In this document: one piece after another, positions 11,352-21,419 of the stretch
Numbering within the stretch: the first letter of the stretch is position 1
Layout: every line of letters starts with the position of its first letter
Assembly (NCBI GenBank): GCA_963765495.1
Contig: CAVXWP010000008.1
Coordinates: 384,001 to 448,000 of the forward strand
Reading direction: 5' to 3'
DNA length: 64,000 nt
Source of the DNA: Blastocatellia bacterium
Lineage (GTDB): Bacteria; Acidobacteriota; Blastocatellia; UBA7656
Made by a program: the position numbers and the translations under genes
The notes under the pieces: model-generated
Told to the model about the DNA's origin: nothing
Database searches by the model: none
What the model saw: the letters and a program-made list of their open reading frames with translations, nothing else

Positions 11352-11381
11352 TTTATACATCCTAAATGAACCGGGTTGCAA
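11352..11381 (-). promoter_or_regulatory. Putative sigma70 promoter of the fad operon
   Basis: TTGCAA-18 bp-TATAAA on the minus strand, directly upstream of the operator. Confidence 0.5.
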
Positions 11382-11402
11382 GGATATTTTTTGAAGTGGA
11401 AG

Positions 11403-14400
11403 TTATTGTTCTACATCGGGGGGGATCTGATTGAGAATTGCAGCGGCCTCTTCCTTTGTGGATGCGCGCCAGAGTCTTATCGTGTTGTCGAGCCCGCCCG
11501 TCGCCAGAGTATCGCCCGACTTTGAAAACGCTACCGAACGCCCTCCCCACGCGTCCCGGATCGTCATAATATCCTGCCAGGTAGTAGTATCCCAGAGCTT
11601 TACCGATCTGTCATAGCTGCCCGAAGCAAGCCGCTTCCCATCCGGTGAATAGACCAGCGAACCAATGCCGTTTGCGTGTCCTTCGAGTCTGGCTATTTCC
11701 TGCCTCCCTGCCACGCGCCAGATCCGTATGGTCCTGTCCTTGCTCCCCGCCGCAAGCGTGCTCCCGTCAGGGGAAAACGCGACCGAGAGAAAATCCTCGC
11801 CATTTCCACTAAAGGTGCCGATATCTTTCCCACTGGCCGCGTCCCAGAGCTTGACAGTTTCGTCAGCGCTTGCAGTCGCGATTATCCTGCCGTCAGGGGA
11901 AAATGCCAGGCAGTAAATTCTGTCCCCGTGCGCCGAAATTGAAGCTATGCTTCCGCCGGTCGCAACATCCCAGAGCCTCAAAAACCCGTCGCTTCCTCCG
12001 GCTGCAAGCAACCTTCCGTCGGGAGAAAACCTGACACAGAGAATTTCAGCGTTCTCAGTATTTAAGATTTTCAGGCATTGACCATCGGCTACCTGCCAGA
12101 CCCTCGCTGTCTTGTCATCGCTCCCCGAAGCTATAAGCTTTCCGTCGGGAGAAAAGACTACGGATAACACCTTGCCCTGATGTCCATTTAGCGTATTCAG
12201 TACGCCACCGGATCGCTTTTCCCATATTTTTATAGATTGGTCGTCGCTTGCCGAGGCCAATTCATTGCCGTCCGGCGAGAAGGCGACTGACTCCACCCAG
12301 TCGGTATGGCCGCGTAAGATTCCAAGCCCTCGCCCCGCCGATACATCCCACAACTTGGCTGTATTGTCGTCGCTTCCAGAGGCAAGCAGGTTTCCGTCCG
12401 GCGAGAAGGCTACCGATTCCACCCAGTCATTGTGGTCGCCAAGCAGCACCAACTCTTCGTGCAGAGAAACATCCCAGATTCTTATGGTTTTGTCCTGCCC
12501 CCCGCTGGCAAGCCTTCTGCCGTCGGGTGAAAATACAAGCGATTCTACCGCTCCCTCATGACCTTCAAGAGCCTCAAGCTCGGTCCACGTAGCGACATCC
12601 CACAACCTGATCCTCGAATCGGGACTGCCCGATGCCAGAGTCTTTCCGTCGGGTGAAAAAGCAATCGGAGGAAACGATTTCGCCAGGCTTTCGCTCCTGA
12701 CGCCTTTGAGTGTGGCCAGTTCCCTTCCCGATAAGACATCCCATATTCGAACGTCGTGATCATAACTCCCCGTGGCAACGAGCCTTCCATCGGGCGAAAA
12801 TACGGCTGTCTCGACAGCATCCTGATGCCCTAACAAAGCAAATAATTCGCGTCCTGTAGCCACGTCCCATAGCCTTGCCGTCTTATCCTTGCTCCCGGAA
12901 AGTAGTGTCCGACCGTCGGGCGATAAAACAGTAATTTCAACATCCCCTTCGTGCCCCCGGAAAACTTTCAGACGCTCGTTTGAGGTTACATCCCATAATT
13001 CGATGACCCCACTTGAATTTATAAGCGCAAGCGGCCTCCCGTCGGGGGTAAAGCTGATCGATGTCACGCTGCAACTCTTTCGATTAAACCGGCTCTTCTC
13101 TTTCCGCGAGGCAACGTCCCACAACTTCACCGTTCCGTCTACTGACCCCGTAGCCACCGTCTTCCCATCAGGAGAAAATATAGTCGCGTAAATCCAGCCA
13201 TCGTGATCCATCGTGAAGAGTTCACTGTGAGAAAGATGCCACAGGTAATACCACTCAAATCCACGAAAATCCTCCTGGCCGGGCTTTGGGCTTGTGTGAT
13301 TACCCAATAGATCGAGAAGCCGCTTTGTATTCGCCATCTCCCAGGCCTGCTGTGCCCTGCTTATGTTTGCCAGATATTGCAGTCTTCGATTTGCCTTCTC
13401 TTCATTTATTGCGCGGTTTCTCTCGCGGTAGGCAAAGACCAGGAGGGCGGCCATTATGATTACGATTACGGCTCCAACTGATGCGGCCTGAATAAGGCCG
13501 CGCCTGAATGCCGCCCGTTGTCGCCTCAACTCCGCATCCGGCATGTTTGAGATGATCCACTCTTTGTCAAATACGTTTTCGTAAATCCGGTTCCTGACCT
13601 TTAGATATCCATCCTGGACGCGAACGATCCCCGCCAGCCGCAAATGGTTTACTATCGGGCTGGTCTCATCATCGATTACACGCTTGCCTGACCGCACGTT
13701 CCCGTAGGAGTCGAGCACGGTGGCCACATCCGTCCGTCCGCGCACCATCCTATCCCGCACAAACAGAAGGTTGTCATCCTGTTGTCTGGCCGAGGTGCTC
13801 AAAAACATGCTTTTGCAGAGTCGATCTACGTCTGCCTTTGTTTTGACGCTTTCGTCTTCGGCAATCGCCCGGCAGAGCCGTTGCGTGAGGTATGGATGAC
13901 CACCCGTCCAGTAAAGTGCGCGACTTGCAAGTTCTAATCCTGTGGTGCCGTTTTTTCCAAGACCCTGGCTCAACTGTTTGGCGTCATCTTCGATAAAATC
14001 AGACAACTCTATGCGGCGGCCGATGTTGAAGGGAGTAGTGCGGGTGTCGCGGATCAAATCGCCGGGCGTTGCTACACCAAGAAGACAGAAGGTCACTCGC
14101 AACAACTCCGAGTCTTCGGTGCGCCGATTATAGAGTTCCCGTATCGCGGCAAAAAATTCGTCTGTTGAAAAGGGGAGGCTGCGGACCGCGTCTATCTCGT
14201 CAATAAAGATCACGACCCGCTTATCAATTGTTTCAAGGACAACTTCGCGGATGGCTCGCATCCATCGTTGTAGAGGAGCTACACGCTCGTTATCGAGCCA
14301 GAAATCTTCGAGTTCGTCTTCAAGGTCGAGTTGCTGGCCTACCCTCGCAAGCAGGCCGTCATACCACTGTTCCGGGGCCAGATTCTGACCGATTGCCGTC

Positions 14401-14627
14401 AGGTCCACGACGGCTACGGCAGCCCCTTCCTCCCTCAGCCGGACAGCTGTTCGCACCATCAAGGAAGACTTCCCCATCTGCCTTGATGTAAGCACATAGC
14501 AAAAGTCTCCCCCTGATAGAAATCTGTAAAGGTCGAGGTCCGCCTCTCGCTGTACATAGCTTGGCGCGTCGCGCGCAAGCGTGCCGCCGACTACGTAAAA
14601 GCTCGATTGCTGGCCATAGCCGGTCAT
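11403..14627 (-). CDS. AAA-like (AAA_35/STAND-type) NTPase - TM helix - 14 WD40 repeats
   Basis: SYVQREAD, Walker A variant TSRQMGKS, Walker B IFIDEID, TPFNIG, WTGGHPYLTQ; hydrophobic segment ASVGAVIVIIMAALLVFAY; 14 GH...FSPDG...WD repeats counted. Confidence 0.9.
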   Translation of the reverse strand: MTGYGQQSSFYVVGGTLARDAPSYVQREADLDLYRFLSGGDFCYVLTSRQMGKSSLMVRTAVRLREEGAAVAVVDLTAIGQNLAPEQWYDGLLARVGQQLDLEDELEDFWLDNERVAPLQRWMRAIREVVLETIDKRVVIFIDEIDAVRSLPFSTDEFFAAIRELYNRRTEDSELLRVTFCLLGVATPGDLIRDTRTTPFNIGRRIELSDFIEDDAKQLSQGLGKNGTTGLELASRALYWTGGHPYLTQRLCRAIAEDESVKTKADVDRLCKSMFLSTSARQQDDNLLFVRDRMVRGRTDVATVLDSYGNVRSGKRVIDDETSPIVNHLRLAGIVRVQDGYLKVRNRIYENVFDKEWIISNMPDAELRRQRAAFRRGLIQAASVGAVIVIIMAALLVFAYRERNRAINEEKANRRLQYLANISRAQQAWEMANTKRLLDLLGNHTSPKPGQEDFRGFEWYYLWHLSHSELFTMDHDGWIYATIFSPDGKTVATGSVDGTVKLWDVASRKEKSRFNRKSCSVTSISFTPDGRPLALINSSGVIELWDVTSNERLKVFRGHEGDVEITVLSPDGRTLLSGSKDKTARLWDVATGRELFALLGHQDAVETAVFSPDGRLVATGSYDHDVRIWDVLSGRELATLKGVRSESLAKSFPPIAFSPDGKTLASGSPDSRIRLWDVATWTELEALEGHEGAVESLVFSPDGRRLASGGQDKTIRIWDVSLHEELVLLGDHNDWVESVAFSPDGNLLASGSDDNTAKLWDVSAGRGLGILRGHTDWVESVAFSPDGNELASASDDQSIKIWEKRSGGVLNTLNGHQGKVLSVVFSPDGKLIASGSDDKTARVWQVADGQCLKILNTENAEILCVRFSPDGRLLAAGGSDGFLRLWDVATGGSIASISAHGDRIYCLAFSPDGRIIATASADETVKLWDAASGKDIGTFSGNGEDFLSVAFSPDGSTLAAGSKDRTIRIWRVAGRQEIARLEGHANGIGSLVYSPDGKRLASGSYDRSVKLWDTTTWQDIMTIRDAWGGRSVAFSKSGDTLATGGLDNTIRLWRASTKEEAAAILNQIPPDVEQ

Positions 14628-14643
14628 AGCGAATCCTCTAAAA

Positions 14644-16656
14644 TCAAAGCAGGTGGCGTCCGAGGTAGGTAGCGTAAAGCCTGCAACGTGGCCTCGCGTC
14701 GTTTGATGAGGCCCCCGTCATCAGCCCGGCACTCCTCAATCTGTAAAAACTCTCATCATCAGGCGAGGGCTTCCCGCGAAGCAGTTCCCGCACAACATCG
14801 CAAAGCTCTTCATCCTGAGCAAGAAGCACGAGAAAACGTCGCAGGTGATCGCCAAACGGCCCTTCGTCACGGTCCGCGACAGCCTCAAATTGCGCGAGCC
14901 CAATCCCTTCGTTTACAAGCTCGTAAAGACCTCGCCTCACAAGGTAAGGCTGCCCGCCTACAAGTCCGTGAAAACGCGATACCTCATCCCCACTCCCGAG
15001 AGGTGAACCATACCGATCATTCAGGTCGGCGATCTGCTCCCTAGTAAAATCTTCGATCACAAGCCTTGTCCCCACATTGAAGGGGGATTGATTCAAATCG
15101 GTGATGAAAAGATGAGCCTCCGTCGCATAGGATATGGCAAGCGTAAGACGCTGCCACGGGCCTGTTGGGTCAAGCGATCTCTCGTTATGCCAGGACCGGA
15201 ACAACCCGAATACCTCGCTGCCGTAATCGGTTGTGAAAAGTCGGTCCACCTCATCCAATCCCCAGACTATATGCTCGGGGATTTTATTTAGCACTTCTCT
15301 TCTGATGTATCGCTCGAAATTGATGCTTGGGCCTCGGCGGGTGTTCCACACATCCTCGGGCGAGACATCGAGGTCAAGCTGATCTTCGACCATCTCTGCA
15401 AGCGTCAGAAAGAATGATTCAACAGACTCCATGTGCTCGGCGTTAAACCGCTGGAAATCGGTCAGGACTATCTTCGCTCCTTCCTTTCGCGCCTGCTGAA
15501 GACCTCGTGCCAGCAGAGAGGTTTTCCCCATCTGTCGTGCCCCTTTTACCAGCACTATAGAATCGTGACGGGCGATGGCTGAACAGAAGTCATCGTCGGT
15601 CTCTCTGACGATATAGAACTCCGAATCGAGCGGGACCGCGCCCCCGATAGATTCGAGCCGCTGCCGCTTGCGCTCGGCGACGGGTGGATGACGAAGGCTG
15701 TTTATCAGTTCGGAAACCATCCGTTCAGTATCTTCCGGGCCTTCCCACAGCGCGTATTGCAGGGGCGCGAGTATGCTCCCTATAGGATCTGAAATCGGCC
15801 CTTCATACCCAACCCTTATTGGCAGCAACCTCGGCTTGCCATGCCTTTTTTGTGCTTCGTCGTGAGCTATCTGGATTTCATAGGCCACCATTTCACTCAC
15901 CATAGAAGCAGGAGAAAGCAAGGGAATAACAGCCTCGGAATTGCGAACCTGCTGCTCGATCTCCTTCGCCCATTCGACCCCGATTGACATGTGACGGTCG
16001 ATGAACACATTGAACCCCTCTTCTGATAACCTCACTTCAAGCTGTTGGAGCAAATCCTCATCGGGCTTCGCATTTCGCTTATACAATAGTGCAATCTTCA
16101 TAGCGTCAGTCTCGACAGCTGCTGCGCTACCCTGAGATGCAGATGCCACCACAGACTCGGAAGGCACTGCGGCAACAGGGGCTCGTGCGATTGGTGCTGG
16201 TGGGGGCTCGGCCTCCCTCTCCATCGCCGCTTTTACGCGTTCGACGATCTTCACCAGCGCCACATTCATCTGTGAGGGGCTCAAACTGTCGAGAGGTTCA
16301 GTGGGGTTGTTTGCGGCCTGATAATTTCCTATTTCGGTCTCGTTATAAAGCGACGCGCTGACTGCAATCCACAATATCGTCAAGCCTTCATTTTCAGCGG
16401 CCTGCAAAAGAGGCAACAACTCTTCATTTGCAATAAAATCGGAAGCAAGGAAATTCGGGCTTACAAGCAGGATGGCCACCTTTGCCGATGCGAGCGCGTT
16501 TGTTATCGTATCTTTCCACTTCGCCCCGGAAAGGATTCGGGTGTCATCCCAGACCGATATACTGCTTTTGCGTTCGAGCGGTTTGAGATGGATTTGAAGT
16601 CGATCCAACCATTCCCTGTCACTATGACTGTAGCTGATGAAGACCTGATTTCGCAT
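14644..16656 (-). CDS. TIR - Pro/Ala linker - TIR - AAA-like (AAA_35) NTPase
   Basis: TIR1 VFISYSHSD...[17 protein letters not shown]; TIR2 FNVFID...[15 protein letters not shown]; Walker A GARQMGKT, Walker B LDEVD, SPFNVG, GGQPYL. Confidence 0.9.
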   Translation of the reverse strand: MRNQVFISYSHSDREWLDRLQIHLKPLERKSSISVWDDTRILSGAKWKDTITNALASAKVAILLVSPNFLASDFIANEELLPLLQAAENEGLTILWIAVSASLYNETEIGNYQAANNPTEPLDSLSPSQMNVALVKIVERVKAAMEREAEPPPAPIARAPVAAVPSESVVASASQGSAAAVETDAMKIALLYKRNAKPDEDLLQQLEVRLSEEGFNVFIDRHMSIGVEWAKEIEQQVRNSEAVIPLLSPASMVSEMVAYEIQIAHDEAQKRHGKPRLLPIRVGYEGPISDPIGSILAPLQYALWEGPEDTERMVSELINSLRHPPVAERKRQRLESIGGAVPLDSEFYIVRETDDDFCSAIARHDSIVLVKGARQMGKTSLLARGLQQARKEGAKIVLTDFQRFNAEHMESVESFFLTLAEMVEDQLDLDVSPEDVWNTRRGPSINFERYIRREVLNKIPEHIVWGLDEVDRLFTTDYGSEVFGLFRSWHNERSLDPTGPWQRLTLAISYATEAHLFITDLNQSPFNVGTRLVIEDFTREQIADLNDRYGSPLGSGDEVSRFHGLVGGQPYLVRRGLYELVNEGIGLAQFEAVADRDEGPFGDHLRRFLVLLAQDEELCDVVRELLRGKPSPDDESFYRLRSAGLMTGASSNDARPRCRLYATYLGRHLL

Positions 16657-16700
16657 AACTGCGGAAATTACCCTCGCAAGGTTGAAGATGATCGGGGCGG

Positions 16701-16729
16701 ATATTACAACAAGGGGGTTGGTCTGTCAA
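16701..16729 (-). promoter_or_regulatory. Putative sigma70 promoter of the TIR/AAA pair
   Basis: TTGACA-17 bp-TAATAT on the minus strand, 44 bp upstream of the TIR gene start. Confidence 0.55.
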
Positions 16730-16917
16730 TGGGGGTAACCGGCGTAACAGACATCCGTATGCGATGTGCCGATTAATATTCACTTCCCCAGATGAAAACG
16801 TGTGAATGGTTGAATATTTAGATAGAATTAACAGGAGGGTTGAGATATGGCTGGAACAATCCTGTTAATCTTGCCAAATTCTATCTCGCTTTTCTCGGAT
16901 CACGAATTATCTTAAAT

Positions 16918-17379
16918 TTAACCATCGATCGGCCGGAGTCTTTCAAGCGCATGCATGACCAGGGCGCGGACATGGATTGATTCTTCTATCTCTTGTCTGA
17001 ACTTCAGCGGTTCTATCGCTCGCAAATCACCCAGGCTCGCCAGTGCGATGGCCACAGCGCCTCGAACCGAGGCGTCATTATCATCGAGCGCGTTGACCAG
17101 GGAGGAAAACATTCGCGGGTCCCTGCGGCCTTCCTCGCACATCCTAGTCAGCCCCTCCGCGGCTCGCTGTCGCGCAAAGGGGGAAATATCTCTCAGGGAC
17201 TCGATAAGGCTGAACAGACGCGCGTCGCCAGATACTGGCTGTCGGGGTTGTAGAGGCTCACCAGGGTCATATCCTCGCCGCCTTAGATACAGTTTTTCGT
17301 TGAGGCTCATTGCCCGGTTGGAGTTGAACCACCATACGGAGGCAAAGATGATCACTGCGATAAAAATGACCAGAAACAT
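16918..17379 (-). CDS. Membrane-anchored HEAT-repeat protein
   Basis: N-terminal hydrophobic anchor; HEAT/PBS-lyase-like repeats (SPFARQRAAEGL, LDDNDASVRGAVAIALASLGD). Confidence 0.75.
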   Translation of the reverse strand: MFLVIFIAVIIFASVWWFNSNRAMSLNEKLYLRRRGYDPGEPLQPRQPVSGDARLFSLIESLRDISPFARQRAAEGLTRMCEEGRRDPRMFSSLVNALDDNDASVRGAVAIALASLGDLRAIEPLKFRQEIEESIHVRALVMHALERLRPIDG

Positions 17380-17458
17380 ATCAAATCGAGGTTAAGGTTT
17401 GTGCGCGCTTTCAAGATTTCTGTATTGCGACAGCGTTTGAGGGGCGCGCAGCCGAATG

Positions 17459-20017
17459 TCAATTATAACCATTCTTAGTCCGTTTTTTCTTCTCTTTCCC
17501 TCCGTCATTGTCGTCTCCAGTCTTGTTGTCGGGCTTTGGAGGCCGGTCCTTATTTCGGTCGGTATTACTTCGCGGCTTCTCTTCGCCGTATCGCGGAGGT
17601 TGGCCCCGCTCGGGTTCTACCATACGGGGCGTCGGCGGAGCGCCCGGAGCACTCGGAGTTTCGCCCTCTTTGGCCGCATCTTTAGCCGCATCTGCATTCT
17701 CATCTTCGATTTGCGTCGCGGCTTCTTCGGCTGCGGCCTTTCGGATCGCGGCTGCGGCTGCGGCCCGACGAGCGACGATCTCCTTGTCTGGCGGCGGAGC
17801 CTTCGGGAACTTGTCGTTTGGCTTGTCCTTCAGGAACTTCTCCATGAACTGCATCCACATCGGGAGGGCGGCGACACCTCCCGCTTCTTTGTTCCCAAGC
17901 GTTCGCTTCAGCCCCGGATACCCGAGCCAGACACCCGCCGTGTAGCTTGGCGTATACCCTATGAACCAGGCATCTGTGAAGTCGTTTACCGTACCAGTCT
18001 TCCCGCAAATCATACGGGAAGCCAGCTCCTTGTTTCCCATTATCGCGCCCGCCGTTCCGCCTGTAACCACTCCTCTCATCATGTCCTGCATCTGCGAGGC
18101 GACATAGGGCGAAATGACTTTGAAACTCTCAGGCTGATTGTCTTGAATTACGTTCCCATCAGCGTCTGTGACGCGGGAGATCAGATGGGGTTTTACCCTT
18201 GTCCCGTTGTTCGAAAAGACGGAGTACGCGCTTACCATGTCTACAAGCGGCTCTTCGGTTGCGCCAAGAGCCGACGGCAGCACCCGCTTCATCGGATTCG
18301 ACAGACCGAACCGCTTTACAACCTCCGCGCCCTTGTCTACACCAACCATCGAAAGCAGCCGGACAGCCACCACGTTGAGCGATTTTTGTAGCGCGGCCCT
18401 CATCGGCAACATCCCGCTGCCGAGCGAACCGTCATAATTATGCGGGGACCAGCCAGTGGCAGGGTCTACAAATTGCCCCCCGCTTACTATCGTGTCGGGC
18501 GTAAATCCCTCCTCAATCGCGGCTGTGTATATAAAGGGTTTGAAACACGAACCTGTCTGCCTTTCGGCCTGCGTGGCGTTGTTGAATTTTCGAGTGGAAA
18601 AATCGTATCCGCCAACCATCGCTTTCACATCGCCCGTCTTCGATTCTACGCAAATCAGCGCCCCATCCACTCGCGGAAGCTGATCGAGCGAGACATCGAG
18701 CACATGGGTTTCCTCTTCAACCTTATTAACCCTGAAGATGGCTAAATCGCCTCTCTTCAGCAATTTTGAAGGAGGCCCCCCGGCCCAGCGACTGCCCTCC
18801 TCCGTAAGTTTGGCTTTGTAGTCGCCAAAGCCTATGTCCGCTCCATCGGCTCCTACTTTTAAGACAAGCCCGTAAATATAATCGCCGGGGACATAATCGC
18901 CTATCCAATCCGGGTGAGAGTAGTGCGAAAGATCATTGGTCACATTATCGGTCAGGACGTTTGTAAGGTTGCCACGCCACCGCCTGCCGTGACGGTTCTC
19001 GTAGGCGTGCAGACCTCGTCGGACGGCGCGAACCGCCTCGCGCTGCGCGCCCATGTCTATCGTGGTGTATATGTTCATTCCGCCCGTCTGTGTCTGCCGC
19101 GTGCCAAACGTCTCTTCGGCCTCCTGGCGCACCTCTTCGACGAAATAACCAAAGATCGAATCATTGTTCCCCTGCTGAGGATTGAGATTCAGATTTATCC
19201 CTGTTTGCCTCGCGCGATTATATTCATCCTCGGTGATATAGCCTTCTTCACGCATGCGGTAAAGCACTACGTTACGACGGTCGAGCGCGGCCTTTTCATC
19301 ACGAGTGGGCGAGTAAAGGCTTGGGGCCTGCGGCAAACCGGCAAGCAACGCGCACTCTTCCAGCGAAAGCTCCTTGAGCGATTTTGAGAAATAATACTGC
19401 GAGGCGGCTTCAAAACCATAGGAGCCGCCTCCAAGAAATATCTGATTGCAGTACATCTCCATTATCTGCTCTTTTGTGTAGTAGCGTTCGATCTGCAACG
19501 AGAGCAGGACCTCTTTTATCTTTCGTGTGTATGTCTTTTCAGGCGTGAGAAAGAGAGCGCGCGCAAGTTGCTGTGTCAGGGTCGAAGCGCCTTGCGCCTT
19601 GCGCCCGGTCGTGACGTTTTTCAATGCTGCCATCGTGATTCGAATGGGGTCAACACCTATGTGCTGAAAAAAGCGATCATCTTCAATGGCCCAGATGGCC
19701 TGCTTCATTTGATCCGGGATTTGATCGTATGTGACCGGGATGCGGCGTTCGAGCGAGAATTCCCCCACTACGGACTTCCCATCGGCCGCTATCACGCGAG
19801 TCACGAGGTTTGGGCGATAGCTGGCGAGGGCGGCCACCTGTTGCGCTTCTTCGGTCATACTGGCCTGATAGGCGACTGTCGCGCCAAACATGATGCCTGC
19901 TACGACCGAAAGAGCCAACAGCGCTAGAAAGGTATATTCGCGGAAGAAATCCTGTAGCCAGTTACGCGAACCGCTCGATGTGTGCTTGAAGGATTTCGTG
20001 TTGAGATTAAAACGCAT
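17459..20017 (-). CDS. mrcA: Class A penicillin-binding protein (PBP1A family)
   Basis: Transglycosylase EDDRF, GASTLTQQL, RKIKE; OB-like insert; transpeptidase SCFK, SLN, KTGT; charged low-complexity tail. Confidence 0.93.
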   Translation of the reverse strand: MRFNLNTKSFKHTSSGSRNWLQDFFREYTFLALLALSVVAGIMFGATVAYQASMTEEAQQVAALASYRPNLVTRVIAADGKSVVGEFSLERRIPVTYDQIPDQMKQAIWAIEDDRFFQHIGVDPIRITMAALKNVTTGRKAQGASTLTQQLARALFLTPEKTYTRKIKEVLLSLQIERYYTKEQIMEMYCNQIFLGGGSYGFEAASQYYFSKSLKELSLEECALLAGLPQAPSLYSPTRDEKAALDRRNVVLYRMREEGYITEDEYNRARQTGINLNLNPQQGNNDSIFGYFVEEVRQEAEETFGTRQTQTGGMNIYTTIDMGAQREAVRAVRRGLHAYENRHGRRWRGNLTNVLTDNVTNDLSHYSHPDWIGDYVPGDYIYGLVLKVGADGADIGFGDYKAKLTEEGSRWAGGPPSKLLKRGDLAIFRVNKVEEETHVLDVSLDQLPRVDGALICVESKTGDVKAMVGGYDFSTRKFNNATQAERQTGSCFKPFIYTAAIEEGFTPDTIVSGGQFVDPATGWSPHNYDGSLGSGMLPMRAALQKSLNVVAVRLLSMVGVDKGAEVVKRFGLSNPMKRVLPSALGATEEPLVDMVSAYSVFSNNGTRVKPHLISRVTDADGNVIQDNQPESFKVISPYVASQMQDMMRGVVTGGTAGAIMGNKELASRMICGKTGTVNDFTDAWFIGYTPSYTAGVWLGYPGLKRTLGNKEAGGVAALPMWMQFMEKFLKDKPNDKFPKAPPPDKEIVARRAAAAAAIRKAAAEEAATQIEDENADAAKDAAKEGETPSAPGAPPTPRMVEPERGQPPRYGEEKPRSNTDRNKDRPPKPDNKTGDDNDGGKEKKKRTKNGYN

Positions 20018-20230
20018 AATTTTCTCGCCTTGTGTAAATGATTATCGCATTTGAGGGCCTGATTCACGATCATAGGAAACAATTCAATTCAAAAAATCCG
20101 ATCCGTAACCCGTGATTTAAGGGTACAGTAGCGCCCCTCGCCTTGTAAAGCATGCCCCCCGTGCGGCAAACCCGAAGAGCTTCGATGCCGGTTATCCTCA
20201 AAAGGTTGAACCGAAAATAGAATGTAATCA

Positions 20231-21367
20231 TCAAATGATCTCCTCATTCACCCTTTCCGATACTTCGCTCTCTCCGGGCAGGGGCAGCGCTATCTGGGGT
20301 TGCTCACCGCTATAGGATAGGAGCCACGTTCTCCCTTCGTCCCTGAGCATCTTCAGAAGTGTTATCGTCACTGCCAGAATTACAGGCCCTACAAAGAGGC
20401 CGAGAAATCCGAATGCCTGAACGCCCCCGAATACTGCAAAGAAAATAAGCAGCGTATGCATCTGTACACGACCGCTTATCAAGTATGGACGGAGTATATT
20501 GTCAATCGTTCCGACTACCCCGGCTCCCCAGCCAAGCAGTATCAAACCTCTCACCCAGTCCCCGCTCGCAAAGAAGAAGAGAACCGCCGGGAACCATACG
20601 ATGGCCGAACCTACAAGCGGAATCAGAGAGAGAAAGGAGGCTGCGACTCCCCAGAGCACAAAAGAAGGGAGGCCGAGCGCCCAGAATGCTACCCCCGTCA
20701 GAAAACCCTGTGCCCCCGCTACTACAAGCCCGCCGTACACGGTTGCGATTATTGTGTTTTCAATACCCTCAAAAAGCGTGGTTACCTGTTCCTTCGAAAG
20801 CGGCAGTATTGCCACAGCCCTGCGGCGGAAAGTTCGCCCTTCTCTAAAGAGAAAGAAGAGCGTAAATATTGTGATCGCCACATTCAAAACAAAGGAGGTG
20901 ATATTCCCCACTATCATCCCCGCCTCAGAAAGCATAAACGTGCTTATCTCCTGCAATCTGGAGAGCAGGGCCGCGCGAAGATCAATCTTTGATGTATCGA
21001 CATAGCGGCCAAGCCATTCGAGAGGACGGTCTAAGAGGTTCATCACAAAAGGGCTGAGGCCGCCGCTTTCTGAGCTTCTCTGACTGAGAAAGGAATAGAG
21101 GTGTTTGACCTCATTTGTGATTGCCGCCCCGATCATAAGTGCAGGCACAACGACTATCAGGATAACGAGGGATGTCGAGAGGAAAGCGGCGACACTCGGA
21201 TTACGCACTACGCTGAGCATCTTCTTTTGCACCGGAAAGAAGACAACCGCGATAACGACGGCCGAAAGCAGGGGGCTCAGAAAAGGGCGGAAGAGGATGT
21301 AACAGAATATGATTGAAAGCGCGGCCAGCGACAACAAGAAGATGAGAGTTAGACGATTCTTTTTCAT
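20231..21367 (-). CDS. AI-2E family transporter
   Basis: Multiple TM segments, IPLVGSAIVW.P, IDNILRP, GGVQAFGFLGLFVGP. Confidence 0.9.
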   Translation of the reverse strand: MKKNRLTLIFLLSLAALSIIFCYILFRPFLSPLLSAVVIAVVFFPVQKKMLSVVRNPSVAAFLSTSLVILIVVVPALMIGAAITNEVKHLYSFLSQRSSESGGLSPFVMNLLDRPLEWLGRYVDTSKIDLRAALLSRLQEISTFMLSEAGMIVGNITSFVLNVAITIFTLFFLFREGRTFRRRAVAILPLSKEQVTTLFEGIENTIIATVYGGLVVAGAQGFLTGVAFWALGLPSFVLWGVAASFLSLIPLVGSAIVWFPAVLFFFASGDWVRGLILLGWGAGVVGTIDNILRPYLISGRVQMHTLLIFFAVFGGVQAFGFLGLFVGPVILAVTITLLKMLRDEGRTWLLSYSGEQPQIALPLPGESEVSERVNEEII

Positions 21368-21419
21368 ACCACTCAAACCCTCTGACATCGCGCTTCCACT
21401 GCTCTGAACAGATGTCTAT

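Noticed and set aside
11450-13210. Periodic DNA similarity as a CRISPR array or DGR-type repeat
   Set aside because: The ~126-bp period is explained by WD40 coding repeats; there are no identical repeats with unique spacers and no cas or reverse transcriptase gene.
17456-18391. 311-aa plus-strand ORF and other long antisense ORFs (e.g. 6459-7178, 40576-41490, 43634-44347)
   Set aside because: They lie opposite well-supported genes and have no recognisable motifs; treated as shadow ORFs.
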